Shown one piece after another: positions 43,501-58,500 of a stretch of 64,000 bases of DNA. The number at the start of each line of letters is the position of its first letter. Position 1 is the stretch's first letter. Under the pieces are notes generated by a model. That model saw only the letters and a program-made list of their open reading frames with translations, ran no database searches and had not been told where the DNA came from. The stretch comes from Eledone cirrhosa (taxonomy: Eukaryota). Position numbers and translations under genes: made by a program. Where the stretch lies: positions 37,634,001-37,698,000 of the forward strand of contig OZ024740.1 in NCBI GenBank assembly GCA_964016885.1, in the 5' to 3' direction.

Positions 43501-46500
43501 AGGTAGACATGTGACAGAATATATAGAACACAGTGACCCCTGTTAAAGGTAGACATGTGACAGAATATATAGAACACAGTGACCCCTGTTTAAGGTAGAC
43601 ATGTGACAGAATATATAGAACACAGAGACCCCTGTTAGAGGTAGACATGTTACAGAATATATAGAACACAGTGACCCCTGTTAAAGGTAGACATGTGACA
43701 GAATATATAGAACACAGTGACCCCTGTTTAAGGTAGACATGTGACAGAATATATAGAACACAGAGACCCCTGTTAGAGGTAGACATGTTACAGAATATAT
43801 AGAACACAGTGACCCCTGTTTAAGTTATAGATAGGACAGAATATAGAGAACACAGTGACCCCTGTTAAAGGTCGACATAGGACAGATTATATAGAACACA
43901 GTGACCGCTGTTTAAGGTAGACATGTGACAGAATATATAGAACACAGTGACCCCTGTTAAAGGTAGACATGTGACAGAATATATAGAACACAGTGACCCC
44001 TGTTTAAGGTAGATATGTGACAGAATATATAGAACACAGTGACCCCTGTTAAATGTAGACATAGGACAGAATATATAGAACACAGTGACCCCTGTTTAAG
44101 GTAGACATAGGACAGAATATATAGAACACAGTGACCCCTGTTAAAGGTAGACATGAGACAGAATATATAGAACACAGTGACCCCTGTTTAAGGTAGACAT
44201 AGGACAGAATATATAGAACACAGTGACCCCTGTGAAAGGTAGACATGTGACAGATTATATAGAACACAGTGAAGCCTGTTTAAGGTAGACATGTGACAGA
44301 ATATATAGAATACAGTGACCCCTGTTAAAGGTAGACATGTGACAGAATATATAGTACAGAGTGACCCCTGTTAAAGGTAGACATGTGACAGAATATATAG
44401 AACGCAGTGACCCCTGTTAAAGGTAGACATAGGACAGAATATATAGAACACAGTGACCCCTGTTTAAGTTAGAGATAGGACAGAATATATAGAACACAGT
44501 GACCCCTGTTAAAGGTAGACATGTGAAAGAATATATAGAACACAGTGACCCCTGTTAGAGGTAGACATGTTACAGAATATATAGAACACAGTGACCCCTG
44601 TTTAAGGTAGACATGTGACAGAATATATAGAACACAGTGACCCCTGTTAAATGTAGACATAGGACAGAATATATAGAACACAGTGACCCCTGTTTAAGTT
44701 AGAGATAGGACAGAATATATAGAACACAGTGACCCCTGTTAGAGGTAGACATGTGACAGAATATATAGAACACAGTGACCCCTGTTTAAGGTAGACATGT
44801 GACAGAATATATAGAACACAGTGACCGCTGTTAAAGGTAGACATGTGACAGAATATATAGAACACAGTGACCCCTGTTTAAGGTAGACATGAGACAGAAT
44901 ATATAGAACACAGTGACCCCTGTTTAAGGTAGACATGTGACAGAATATATAGAACACAGTGACCGCTGTTAAAGGTAGACATGTGACAGAATATATAGAA
45001 CACAGTGACCCCTGTTAAAGGTAGACATGTGACAGAATATATAGAACACAGTGACCCCTGTTAAAGGTAGACATAGGACAGAATATATAGAACACAGTGA
45101 CCCCTGTTAAAGGTAGACATGTGACAGAATATATAGAACACAGTGACCCCTGTTAAAGGTAGACATGTGACAGAATATATAGAACACAGTGACCCCTGTT
45201 TAAGGTAGACATAGGACAGAATATATAGAACACAGTGACCCCTGTTAAAGGTCGTCATAGGACAGATTATATAGAACACAGTGACCCCTGTTTAAGGTAG
45301 ACATGTGACAGAATATATAGAACACAGTGACCCCTGTTAAAGGTAGACATGAGACAGAATATATAGAACACAGTGACCCCTGTTTAAGGTAGACATAGGA
45401 CAGAATATATAGAACACAGTGACCCCTGTTAAAGGTCGTCATAGGACAGATTATATAGAACACAGTGACCCCTGTTTAAGGTAGACATGTGACAGAATAT
45501 ATAGAACACAGTGACCCCTGTTAAAGGTAGACATGTGACAGAATATATAGAACACAGTGACCCCTGTTAAAGGTAGACATAGGACAGAATATATAGAACA
45601 CAGTGACCCCTGTTTAAGGTAGACATAAGACAGAATATATAGAACACAGTGACCCCTGTTTAAGGTAGACATCGGACAGAATATATAGAACACTGTGAAC
45701 CCTGTTTCAGGTAGACATGTGACAGAATATATAGAACACAGTGACCCCTGTTAAAGGTAGACATGTGACAGAATATATAGAACACAGTGACCCCTGTTAA
45801 AGGTATACATGTGACAGAATATATAGAACACAGTGACCCCTGTTAAAGGTAGACATGTGACAGAATATATAGAACTCAGAGACCCCTGTTAAATGTAGAC
45901 ATGTGACAGAATATATAGAACACAGTGACCCCTGTTAAAGGTAGACATGTGACAGAAAATATAGAACACAGTGACCCCTGTTTAAGGTAGACATGTGACA
46001 GAATATATAGAACACAGTGATCCCTGTTTAAGGTAGACATAGGACAGAATATATAGAACAGATTGATCACTGTTAAAGGTAGACATGTGACAGAAGATAT
46101 AGAACACAGTGACCCCTGTTAAAGGTAGACATGTGACAGAATATATAGAACTCAGAGACCCCTGTTAAATGTAGACATGTGACAGAATATATAGAACACA
46201 GTGACCCCTGTTAAAGGTAGACATAGGACAGAATATATAGAACACATTGACCCCTGTTAAAGGAAGACATGTGACAGAATATATAGAATTCAGAGACCCT
46301 TGTTAAAGGTAGACATGTGACAGAACATATAGAACACAGTGACCCCTGTTTAAGGTAGACATAAGACAGAATATATAGAACACACTGACCCCTGTTAAAG
46401 GTAGACATGTGACAGAATATATAGAACACAGTGACCCCTGTTAAAGGTAGACATGTGACAGAATATATAGAACACAGTGACCCCTGTTTAAGGTAGACAT

Positions 46501-49500
46501 GAGACAGAATATATAGAACACAGAGACCCCTGTTAAAGGTAGACATGTGACAGAATATATAGAACACAGTGACCCCTGTTAAAGGTAGACATGAGACAGA
46601 ATATATAGAACACAGTGACCCCTGTTTAAGGTAGACATGTGACAGAATATATAGAACACAGTGACCCCTGTTAAAGGTAGACATGTGACAGAATATATAG
46701 AACACAGTGACCCCTGTTTAAGGTAGACATGAGACAGAATATATAGAACACAGAGACCCCTGTTAAAGGTAGACATGTGACAGAATATATAGAACACAGT
46801 GACCCCTGTTTAAGGTAGACATAGGACAGAATATATAGAACACAGTGACCCCTGTTTAAGTTAGAGATAGGACAGAATATATAGAACACAGTGACCCCTG
46901 TTAAAGGTAGACATGTGAAAGAATATGTAGAACACAGTGACCCCTGTTAAAGGTAGACATGTGACAGAATATATAGAACACAGTGACCCCTGTTAAAGGT
47001 AGACATGTGACAGAATATATAGAACACAGTGACCCCTGTTAAAGGTAGACATGTGACAGAATATATAGAACACAGTGACCCCTGTTAAAGGTAGACATGT
47101 GACAGAATATATAGAACACAGAGACCCCTGTTAAAGGTAGACATGTGACAGAATATATAGAACACAGTGACCCCTGTTAAAGGTAGACATGTGACAGAAT
47201 ATATAGAACACAGTGACCCCTTTTAAAGATAGACATGTGACAGAATATATAGAACACAGTGACCCCTGTTAAAGGTAGACATGTGACAGAATATATAGAA
47301 CACAGAGACCCCTGTTAAAGGTAGACATGTGACAGAATATATAGAACACAGAGACCCCTGTTAAAGGTAGACATAGGACAGAATATATAGAACACAGTGA
47401 CCCCTGTTAAAGGTAGACATGAGACAGAATATATAGAACACAGTGACCCCTGTTTAAGGTAGACAGGTGACAGAATATATAGAACACAGTGATCCCTGTT
47501 TAAGGTAGACATCGGACAGAATATATAGAACACTGTGAACCCTGTTTAAGGTAGACATGTGACAGAATATATAGAATACAGTGACCCCTGTTAAAGGTAG
47601 ACATGTGACAGAATATATGGTACAGAGTGACCCCTGTTAAAGGTAGACATGTGACAGAATATATAGAACACAGTGACCCCTGTTTAAGGTAGACATAGGA
47701 CAGAATATATAGAACACAGTGACTCCTGTTAAAGGTAGACATAGGACAGATTATATAGAACACAGTGACCCCTGTTTAAGGTAGTCATGTGACAGAATAT
47801 ATAGAACACAGTGACCCCTGTTTAAGGTAGACATATGACAGAATATATAGAACACAGTGACCCCTGTTTAAGGTAGACATAGGACAGAATATATAGAACA
47901 CAGTGACTCCTGTTAAAGGTAGACATAGGACAGATTATATAGAACACAGTGACCCCTGTTTAAGGTAGACATGTGACAGAATATATAGAACACAGTGACC
48001 CCTGTTAAAGGTAGACATAGGACAGAATACATAGAACACAGTTAACCCTGCTAAATGTAAACATGTGACAGAATATATAGAACACAGTGACCCCTGTTAA
48101 AGGTAGACATGTGACAGAATATATAGAACACAGTGACCCCTGTTAAAGGTAGACATGTGACAGAATATATAGAACACAGAGACCCCTGTTAGAGGTAGAC
48201 ATGTTACAGAATATATAGAACACAGTGACCCCTGTTAAAGGTAGACATGTGACAGAATATATAGAACACAGTGACCCCTGTTTAAGGTAGACATGTGACA
48301 GAATATATAGAACACAGTGACCCCTGTTAAAGGTAGACATGTGACAGAATATATAGAACACAGAGTCCCCTGTTAAAGGTTGACATGTGACAGAATATAT
48401 AGAACACAGTGACCCCTTTTAAAGATAGACATGTGACAGAAAATATAGAACACAGTGACCCCTGTTTAAGGTAGACATGTGACAGAATATATAGAACACA
48501 GTGACCCCTGTTAAAGGTAGACATGAGACAGAATATATAGAACACAGTGACCCCTGTTTAAGGTAGACATGTGACAGAATATATAGAACACAGTGATCCC
48601 TGTTTAAGGTAGACATCGGACAGAATATATAGAACACTGTGAACCCTGTTTAAGGTAGACATGTGACAGAATATATAGAATACAGTGACCCCTGTTAAAG
48701 CTAGACATGTGACAGAATATATAGAACACAGTGACCCCTGTTAAAGGTAGACATGTGACAGAAAATATAGAACACAGTGACCCCTGTTTAAGGTAGCCAT
48801 GTGACAGAATATATAGAACACAGTGACCCCTGTTTAAGCTAGACATGTGACAGAATATATAGAACACAGTGAAGCCTGTTTAAGGTAGACATGTGACAGA
48901 ATATATAGAATACAGTGACCCCTGTTAAAGGTAGACATGTGACAGAATATATAGTACAGAGTGACCCCTGTTAAAGGTAGACATGTGACAGAATATATAG
49001 AACGCAGTGACCCCTGTTAAAGGTAGACATAGGACAGAATATATAGAACACAGTGACCCCTGTTTAAGTTAGAGATAGGACAGAATATATAGAACACAGT
49101 GACCCCTGTTAAAGGTAGACATGTGAAAGAATATATAGAACACAGTGACCCCTGTTAAAGGTAGACATAGGACAGAATACATAGAACACAGTGACCCCTG
49201 CTAAATGTAAACATGTGACAGAATATATAGAACATAATGACCCCTGTTAAAGGTAGACATGTGACAGAATATATAGAACACAGTGACCCCTGTTAAAGGT
49301 AGACATGTGACAGAATATATAGAACACAGTGACCCCTGTTAAAGGTAGACATGTGACAGAATATATAGAACACAGTGACCCCTGTTAAAGGTAGACATGT
49401 GACAGAATATATAGAACACAGAGACCACTTTTAAAGATAGACATGTGACAGAAAATATAGAACACAGTGACCCCTGTTTAAGGTAGACATGTGACAGAAT

Positions 49501-52500
49501 ATATAGAACACAGTGACCCCTGTTAAAGGTAGACATGAGACAGAATATATAGAACACAGTGACCCCTGTTTAAGGTAGACAGGTGACAGAATATATAGAA
49601 CACAGTGATCCCTGTTTAAGGTAGACATCGGACAGAATATATAGAACACAGTGACCCCTGTTAAAGGTAGACATAGGACAGATTATATAAAACACAGTGA
49701 CCCCTGTTTAAGGTAGACATGTGACAGAATATATAGAATACAGTGACCCCTGTTAAAGGTAGACATGTGACAGAATATATGGTACAGAGTGACCCCTGTT
49801 AAAGGTAGACATGTGACAGAATATATAGAACACAGTGACCCCTTTTTAAGGTAGACATAGGACAGAATATATAGAACACAGTGACCCCTGTTTAAGGTAG
49901 ACATAGGACAGAATATATAGAACACAGTGACTCCTGTTAAAGGTAGACATAGGACAGATTATATAGAACACAGTGACCCCTGTTTAAGGTAGACATGTGA
50001 CAGAATATATAGAACACAGTGACCCCTGTTTAAGGTAGACATATGACAGAATATATAGAACACAGTGACCCCTGTTTAAGGTAGACATAGGACAGAATAT
50101 ATAGAACACAGTGACTCCTGTTAAAGGTAGACATAGGACAGATTATATAGAACACAGTGACCCCTGTTTAAGGTAGACATGTGACAGAATATATAGAACA
50201 CAGTGACCCCTGTTTAAGGTAGACATGTGACAGAATATATAGAACTCAGAGACCCCTGTTAAAGGAAGACATGTGACAGAATATATAGAACACAGTGACC
50301 CCTGTTAAAGGTCGACATGTGACAGAATATATAGAACACAGTGACCCCTGTTAAAGGTAGACATGTGACAGAACATATAGAACACAGTGACCCCTGTTAA
50401 AGGTAGACATGTGACAGAATATATAGAACACAGTGACCCCTGTTTAAGGTAGACATGTGACAGAATATATAGAACACAGAGACCCCTGTTAGAGGTAGAC
50501 ATGTTACAGAATATATAGAACACAGTGACCCCTGTTAAAGGTAGACATGTGACAGAATATATAGAACACAGTGACCCCTGTTTAAGGTAGACATGTGACA
50601 GAATATATAGAACACAGAGACCCCTGTTAGAGGTAGACATGTTACAGAATATATAGAACACAGTGACCCCTGTTTAAGTTATAGATAGGACAGAATATAG
50701 AGAACACAGTGACCCCTGTTAAAGGTCGACATAGGACAGATTATATAGAACACAGTGACCGCTGTTTAAGGTAGACATGTGACAGAATATATAGAACACA
50801 GTGACCCCTGTTAAAGGTAGACATGTGACAGAATATATAGAACACAGTGACCCCTGTTTAAGGTAGATATGTGACAGAATATATAGAACACAGTGACCCC
50901 TGTTAAATGTAGACATAGGACAGAATATATAGAACACAGTGACCCCTGTTTAAGGTAGACATAGGACAGAATATATAGAACACAGTGACCCCTGTTAAAG
51001 GTAGACATGAGACAGAATATATAGAACACAGTGACCCCTGTTTAAGGTAGACATAGGACAGAATATATAGAACACAGTGACCCCTGTGAAAGGTAGACAT
51101 GTGACAGATTATATAGAACACAGTGAAGCCTGTTTAAGGTAGACATGTGACAGAATATATAGAATACAGTGACCCCTGTTAAAGGTAGACATGTGACAAA
51201 ATATATAGTACAGAGTGACCCCTGTTAAAGGTAGACATGTGACAGAATATATAGAACGCAGTGACCCCTGTTAAAGGTAGACATAGGACAGAATATATAG
51301 AACACAGTGACCCCTGTTTAAGTTAGAGATAGGACAGAATATATAGAACACAGTGACCCCTGTTAAAGGTAGACATGTGAAAGAATATATAGAACACAGT
51401 GACCCCTGTTAGAGGTAGACATGTTACAGAATATATAGAACACAGTGACCCCTGTTTAAGGTAGACATGTGACAGAATATATAGAACACAGTGACCCCTG
51501 TTAAATGTAGACATAGGACAGAATATATAGAACACAGTGACCCCTGTTTAAGTTAGAGATAGGACAGAATATATAGAACACAGTGACCCCTGTTAGAGGT
51601 AGACATGTGACAGAATATATAGAACACAGTGACCCCTGTTTAAGGTAGACATGTGACAGAATATATAGAACACAGTGACCGCTGTTAAAGGTAGACATGT
51701 GACAGAATATATAGAACACAGTGACCCCTGTTTAAGGTAGACATGAGACAGAATATATAGAACACAGTGACCCCTGTTTAAGGTAGACATGTGACAGAAT
51801 ATATAGAACACAGTGACCGCTGTTAAAGGTAGACATGTGACAGAATATATAGAACACAGTGACCCCTGTTAAAGGTAGACATGTGACAGAATATATAGAA
51901 CACAGTGACCCCTGTTAAAGGTAGACATAGGACAGAATATATAGAACACAGTGACCCCTGTTAAAGGTAGACATGTGACAGAATATATAGAACACAGTGA
52001 CCCCTGTTAAAGGTAGACATGTGACAGAATATATAGAACACAGTGACCCCTGTTTAAGGTAGACATAGGACAGAATATATAGAACACAGTGACCCCTGTT
52101 AAAGGTCGTCATAGGACAGATTATATAGAACACAGTGACCCCTGTTTAAGGTAGACATGTGACAGAATATATAGAACACAGTGACCCCTGTTAAAGGTAG
52201 ACATGAGACAGAATATATAGAACACAGTGACCCCTGTTTAAGGTAGACATAGGACAGAATATATAGAACACAGTGACCCCTGTTAAAGGTCGTCATAGGA
52301 CAGATTATATAGAACACAGTGACCCCTGTTTAAGGTAGACATGTGACAGAATATATAGAACACAGTGACCCCTGTTAAAGGTAGACATGTGACAGAATAT
52401 ATAGAACACAGTGACCCCTGTTAAAGGTAGACATAGGACAGAATATATAGAACACAGTGACCCCTGTTTAAGGTAGACATAAGACAGAATATATAGAACA

Positions 52501-55500
52501 CAGTGACCCCTGTTTAAGGTAGACATCGGACAGAATATATAGAACACTGTGAACCCTGTTTCAGGTAGACATGTGACAGAATATATAGAACACAGTGACC
52601 CCTGTTAAAGGTAGACATGTGACAGAATATATAGAACACAGTGACCCCTGTTAAAGGTATACATGTGACAGAATATATAGAACACAGTGACCCCTGTTAA
52701 AGGTAGACATGTGACAGAATATATAGAACTCAGAGACCCCTGTTAAATGTAGACATGTGACAGAATATATAGAACACAGTGACCCCTGTTAAAGGTAGAC
52801 ATGTGACAGAAAATATAGAACACAGTGACCCCTGTTTAAGGTAGACATGTGACAGAATATATAGAACACAGTGATCCCTGTTTAAGGTAGACATAGGACA
52901 GAATATATAGAACAGATTGATCACTGTTAAAGGTAGACATGTGACAGAAGATATAGAACACAGTGACCCCTGTTAAAGGTAGACATGTGACAGAATATAT
53001 AGAACTCAGAGACCCCTGTTAAATGTAGACATGTGACAGAATATATAGAACACAGTGACCCCTGTTAAAGGTAGACATGTGACAGAATATATAGAACACA
53101 GTGACCCCTGTTAAAGGTAGACATAGGACAGAATATATAGAACACATTGACCCCTGTTAAAGGAAGACATGTGACAGAATATATAGAACTCAGAGACCCT
53201 TGTTAAAGGTAGACATGTGACAGAACATATAGAACACAGTGACCCCTGTTTAAGGTAGACATAAGACGGAATATATAGAACACAGTGACCCCTGTTAAAG
53301 GTAGACATGTGACAGAATATATAGAACACAGTGACCCCTGTTAAAGGTAGACATGTGACAGAATATATAGAACACAGTGACCCCTGTTTAAGGTAGACAT
53401 GAGACAGAATATATAGAACACAGAGACCCCTGTTAAAGGTAGACATGTGACAGAATATATAGAACACAGTGACCCCTGTTTAAGGTAGACATAGGACAGA
53501 ATATATAGAACACAGTGACCCCTGTTTAAGTTAGAGATAGGACAGAATATATAGAACACAGTGACCCCTGTTAAAGGTAGACATGTGAAAGAATATATAG
53601 AACACAGTGACCCCTGTTAAAGGTAGACATAGGACAGAATACATAGAACACAGTGACCCCTGCTAAATGTAAACATGTGACAGAATATATAGAACACAAT
53701 GACCCCTGTTAAAGGTAGACATGTGACAGAATATATAGAACACAGTGACCCCTGTTAAAGGTAGACATGTGACAGAATATATAGAACACAGAGACCCCTG
53801 TTAAAGGTAGACATGTGACAGAATATATAGAACACAGTGACCCCTTTTAAAGATAGACATGTGACAGAATATATAGAACACAGTGACCCCTGTTAAAGGT
53901 AGACATGTGACAGAATATATAGAACACAGAGACCCCTGTTAAAGGTAGACATAGGACAGAATACATAGAACACAGTGACCCCTGCTAAATGTAAACATGT
54001 GACAGAATATATAGAACACAGTGACCCCTGATAAACGTAGACATGTGACAGAATATATAGAACACAGTGACCCCTGTTAAAGGTAGACATGTGACAGAAT
54101 ATATAGAACACAGAGACCCCTGTTAGAGGTAGACATGTGACAGAATATATAGAACACAGTGACCCCTGTTTAAGGTAGACATCGGACAGAATATATAGAA
54201 CACTGTGAACCCTGTTTCAGGTAGACATGTGACAGAATATATAGAATACAGTGACCCCTGTTAAAGGTATACATGTGACAGAATATATAGAACACAGTGA
54301 CCCCTGTTAAAGGTAGACATGTGACAGAAAATATAGAACACAGTGACCCCTGTTTAAGGTAGACATGTGACAGAATATATAGAACACAGTGACCCCTGTT
54401 AAAGGTAGACATGTGACAGTATATATAGAACACAGTGACCCCTGTTTAAGGTAGACATGTGACAGAATATATAGAACACAGTGACCCCTGTTAAAGGTAG
54501 ACATGTGACAGAATATATAGAACGCAGTGACCCCTGTTAAAGGTAGACATATGACAGAATATATAGAACTCAGAGACCCCTGTTAAAGGTAGACATGTGA
54601 CAGAATATATGGTACAGAGTGACCCCTGTTAAATGTAGACATGTGACAGAGTATATAGAACACAGTGACCCCTGTTAAAGGTAGACATAGGACAGAATAT
54701 ATAGAACTCAGAGACCCCTGTTAAAGGTAGACATGTGACAGAATATATAGAACACAGTGACCCCTGTTAAAGGTAGACATAGGACAGAATATATAGAACT
54801 CAGAGACCCCTGTTAAAGGTAGACATATGACAGAATATATAGAACTCAGAGACCCCTGTTAAAGGTAGACATGTGACAGAATATATAGTACACAGTGACC
54901 CCTGTTAAATGTAGACATGTGACAGAATATATAGAACACAGTGACCCCTGTTAAAGGTAGACATAGGACAGAATATATAGAACACAGTGACCCCTGTTTA
55001 AGTTAGAGATAGGACAGAATATATAGAACACAGTGACCCCTGTTAAAGGTAGACATGTGAAAGAATATATAGAACACAGTGACCCCTGTTAAAGGTAGAC
55101 ATAGGACAGAATACATAGAACACAGTGACCCCTGCTAAATGTAAACATGTGACAGAATATATAGAACACAATGACCCCTGTTAAAGGTAGACATGTGACA
55201 GAATATATAGAACACAGTGACCCCTGTTAAAGGTAGACAATGACAGAATATATAGAACACAGAGACCCCTGTTAAAGGTAGACATGTGACAGAATATATA
55301 GAACACAGTGACCCCTGTTAAAGGTAGACATGTGACAGAATATATAGAACACAGAGACCCCTGTTAAAGGTAGACATAGGACAGAATACATAGAACACAG
55401 TGACCCCTGCTAAATGTAAACATGTGACAGAATATATAGAACACAGTGACCCCTGATAAAGGTAGACATGTGACAGAATATATAGAACACAGTGACCCCT

Positions 55501-58500
55501 GTTTAAGGTAGACATGTGACAGAATATATAGAACACAGTGACCCCTGTTAAATGTAGACATAGGACATAACATATAGAACACAGTGACCCCTGTTTAAGT
55601 TAGAGATAGGACAGAACATATAGAACACAGTGACCCCTGTTAAAGGTCGACATAGGACAGATTATATAGAACACAGTGACCCCTGTTTAAGGTAGACATG
55701 TGACAGAATATATAGAACACAGTGACCCCTGTTAAAGGTAGACATGTGACAGAATATATAGAACACAGTGACCCCTGTTTAAGGTAGACATGTGACAGAA
55801 TATATAGAACACAGTGATCCCTGTTTAAGGTAGATATGTGACAGAATATATAGAACACAGTGACCCCTGTTAAAGGTCGACATAGGACAGATTATATAGA
55901 ACACAGTGACCCCTGTTTAAGGTAGACATGTGACAGAATATATAGAACACAGTGACCCCTGTTAAATGTAGACATAGGACAGAATATATAGAACACAGTG
56001 ACCCCTGTTAAAGGTAGACATGTGACAGAATATATAGAACACAGTGACCCCTGTTTAAGGTAGATATGTGACAGAATATATAGAACACAGTGACCCCTGT
56101 TAAAGGTAGACATAGGACAGAATATATAGAACACAGTGACCCCTGTTAAGGGTAGACATAGGACAGATTATATAGAACACAGTGACCCTGTTTAAGGTAG
56201 ACATAGGACAGAATATATAGAACACAGTGACCCCTGTTAAAGGTCGACATAGGACAGATTATATAGAACACAGTGACCCCTGTTTAAGGTAGACATGTGA
56301 CAGAATATATAGAACACAGTGACCCCTGTTAAAGGTAGACATAGGATAGAATATATAGAACACAGTGACCCCTGTTAAAGGTAGACATGTGACAGAATAT
56401 ATAGAACACAGAGTCCCCTGTTAAAGGTGGACGTAGGAGAGAATATATAGAACACAGTGACCCCTGTTAAAGGTAGACATGTGACAGAATATATAGAACA
56501 CAGTGACCCCTGTTAAAGGTAGACATGTGAAAGAATATCTAGAACACAGTGACCCCTGTTAAAGGTAGACATGTGACAGAATATATAGAACACAGTGACC
56601 CCTGTTAAAGCTATACATGTGACAGAATATATAGAACACAGTGACCCCTGTTTAAGGTAGCCATGTGACAGAATATATAGAACACAGTGACCCCTGTTAA
56701 ATGTAGACATAGGACAGAATATATAGAACACAGTGACCCCTGTTTAAGGTAGACATGTGACAGAATATATAGAGCACAGTGACCCCTGTTTAAGGTAGAC
56801 ATGTGACAGAATATATAGAACACAGTGATCCCTGTTAAAGGTAGACATGTGACAGAATATATAGAACACTGTGAACCCTGTTTAAGGTAGACATGTGACA
56901 GAATATATAGAACACAGTGACCCCTGTTAAAGGTAGACATGTGACAGAATATATAGAACACAGTGACCCCTGTTAAAGGTAGACATGTGACAGAATATAT
57001 AGAACACAGTGACCCCTGTTTAAGGTAGACATGTGACAGAATATATAGAACTCAGAGACCCCTGTTAAAGGTAGACATGTGACAGAATATATAGAACTCA
57101 GAGACCCCTGTTAAAGGTAGACATGTGACAGAATATATAGAACACAGTGACCCCTGTTAAAGGTAGACATAGCACAGAATATCTAGAACACAGTGACCCC
57201 TGTTTAAGGTAGACATAGGACAGAATATATAGAACACAGTGACCCCTGTTTAAGGTAGACATGTGACAGAATATATAGAACTCAGAGACCCCTGTTAAAG
57301 GTAGACATGTGACAGAATATATAGAACACAGTGACCCCTGTTAAAGGTAGACATAGGACAGAATATCTAGAACACAGTGACCCCTGTTTAAGGTAGACAT
57401 AAGACAGAATATATAGAACACAGAGACCCCTGTTAAAGGTAGACATGTGACAGAATATATAGAACGCAGTGACCCCTGTTAAAGGTAGACATGTGACAGA
57501 ATATATAGAACACAGTGACCCCTGTTAAAGGTAGACATAGGACAGAATATATAGAACACAGTGACCCCTGTTTAAGGTAGACATAAGACAGAATATATAG
57601 AACACAGAGACCCCTGTTAAAGGTAGACATGTGACAGAATATATAGAACGCAGTGACCCCTGTTAAAGGTAGACATAGGACAGAATATATAGAACACAGA
57701 GACCCCTGTTAAATGTAGACATGTGACAGAATATATAGAACGCAGTGACCCCTGTTAAAGGTAGACATAGGACAGAATATATAGAACACAGTGACCCCTG
57801 TTTAAGTTAGAGATAGGACAGAATATATAGAACACAGTGACCCCTGTTTAAGCTAGACATGTGACAGAATATATAGAACACAGAGACCCCTGTTAAAGGT
57901 AGACATGTGACAGAATATATAGAACGCAGTGACCCCTGTTAAAGGTAGACATGTGACAGAATATATAGAACACAGTGACCCCTGTTAAAGGTAGACATAG
58001 GACAGAATATATAGAACACAGTGACCCCTGTTTAAGGTAGACATAAGACAGAATATATAGAACACAGAGACCCCTGTTAAAGGTAGACATGTGACAGAAT
58101 ATATAGAACACAGAGACCCCTGTTAAATGTAGACATGTGACAGAATATATAGAACGCAGTGACCCCTGTTAAAGGTAGACATAGGACAGAATATATAGAA
58201 CACAGTGACCCCTGTTTAAGTTAGAGATAGGACAGAATATATAGAACACAGTGACCCCTGTTTAAGCTAGACATGTGACAGAATATATAGAACACAGTGA
58301 CCCCTGTAAAAGGTAGACATGTGACAGAATATATAGAACACAGTGACCCCTGTAAAAGGTAGACATGTGACAGAATATATAGAACACAGTGACCCCTGTT
58401 AAAGGTAGACATGTGACAGAATATATAGAACACAGAGACCCCTGTTAGAGGTAGACATGTGACAGAATATATAGAACACAGTGACCCCTGTTTAAGGTAG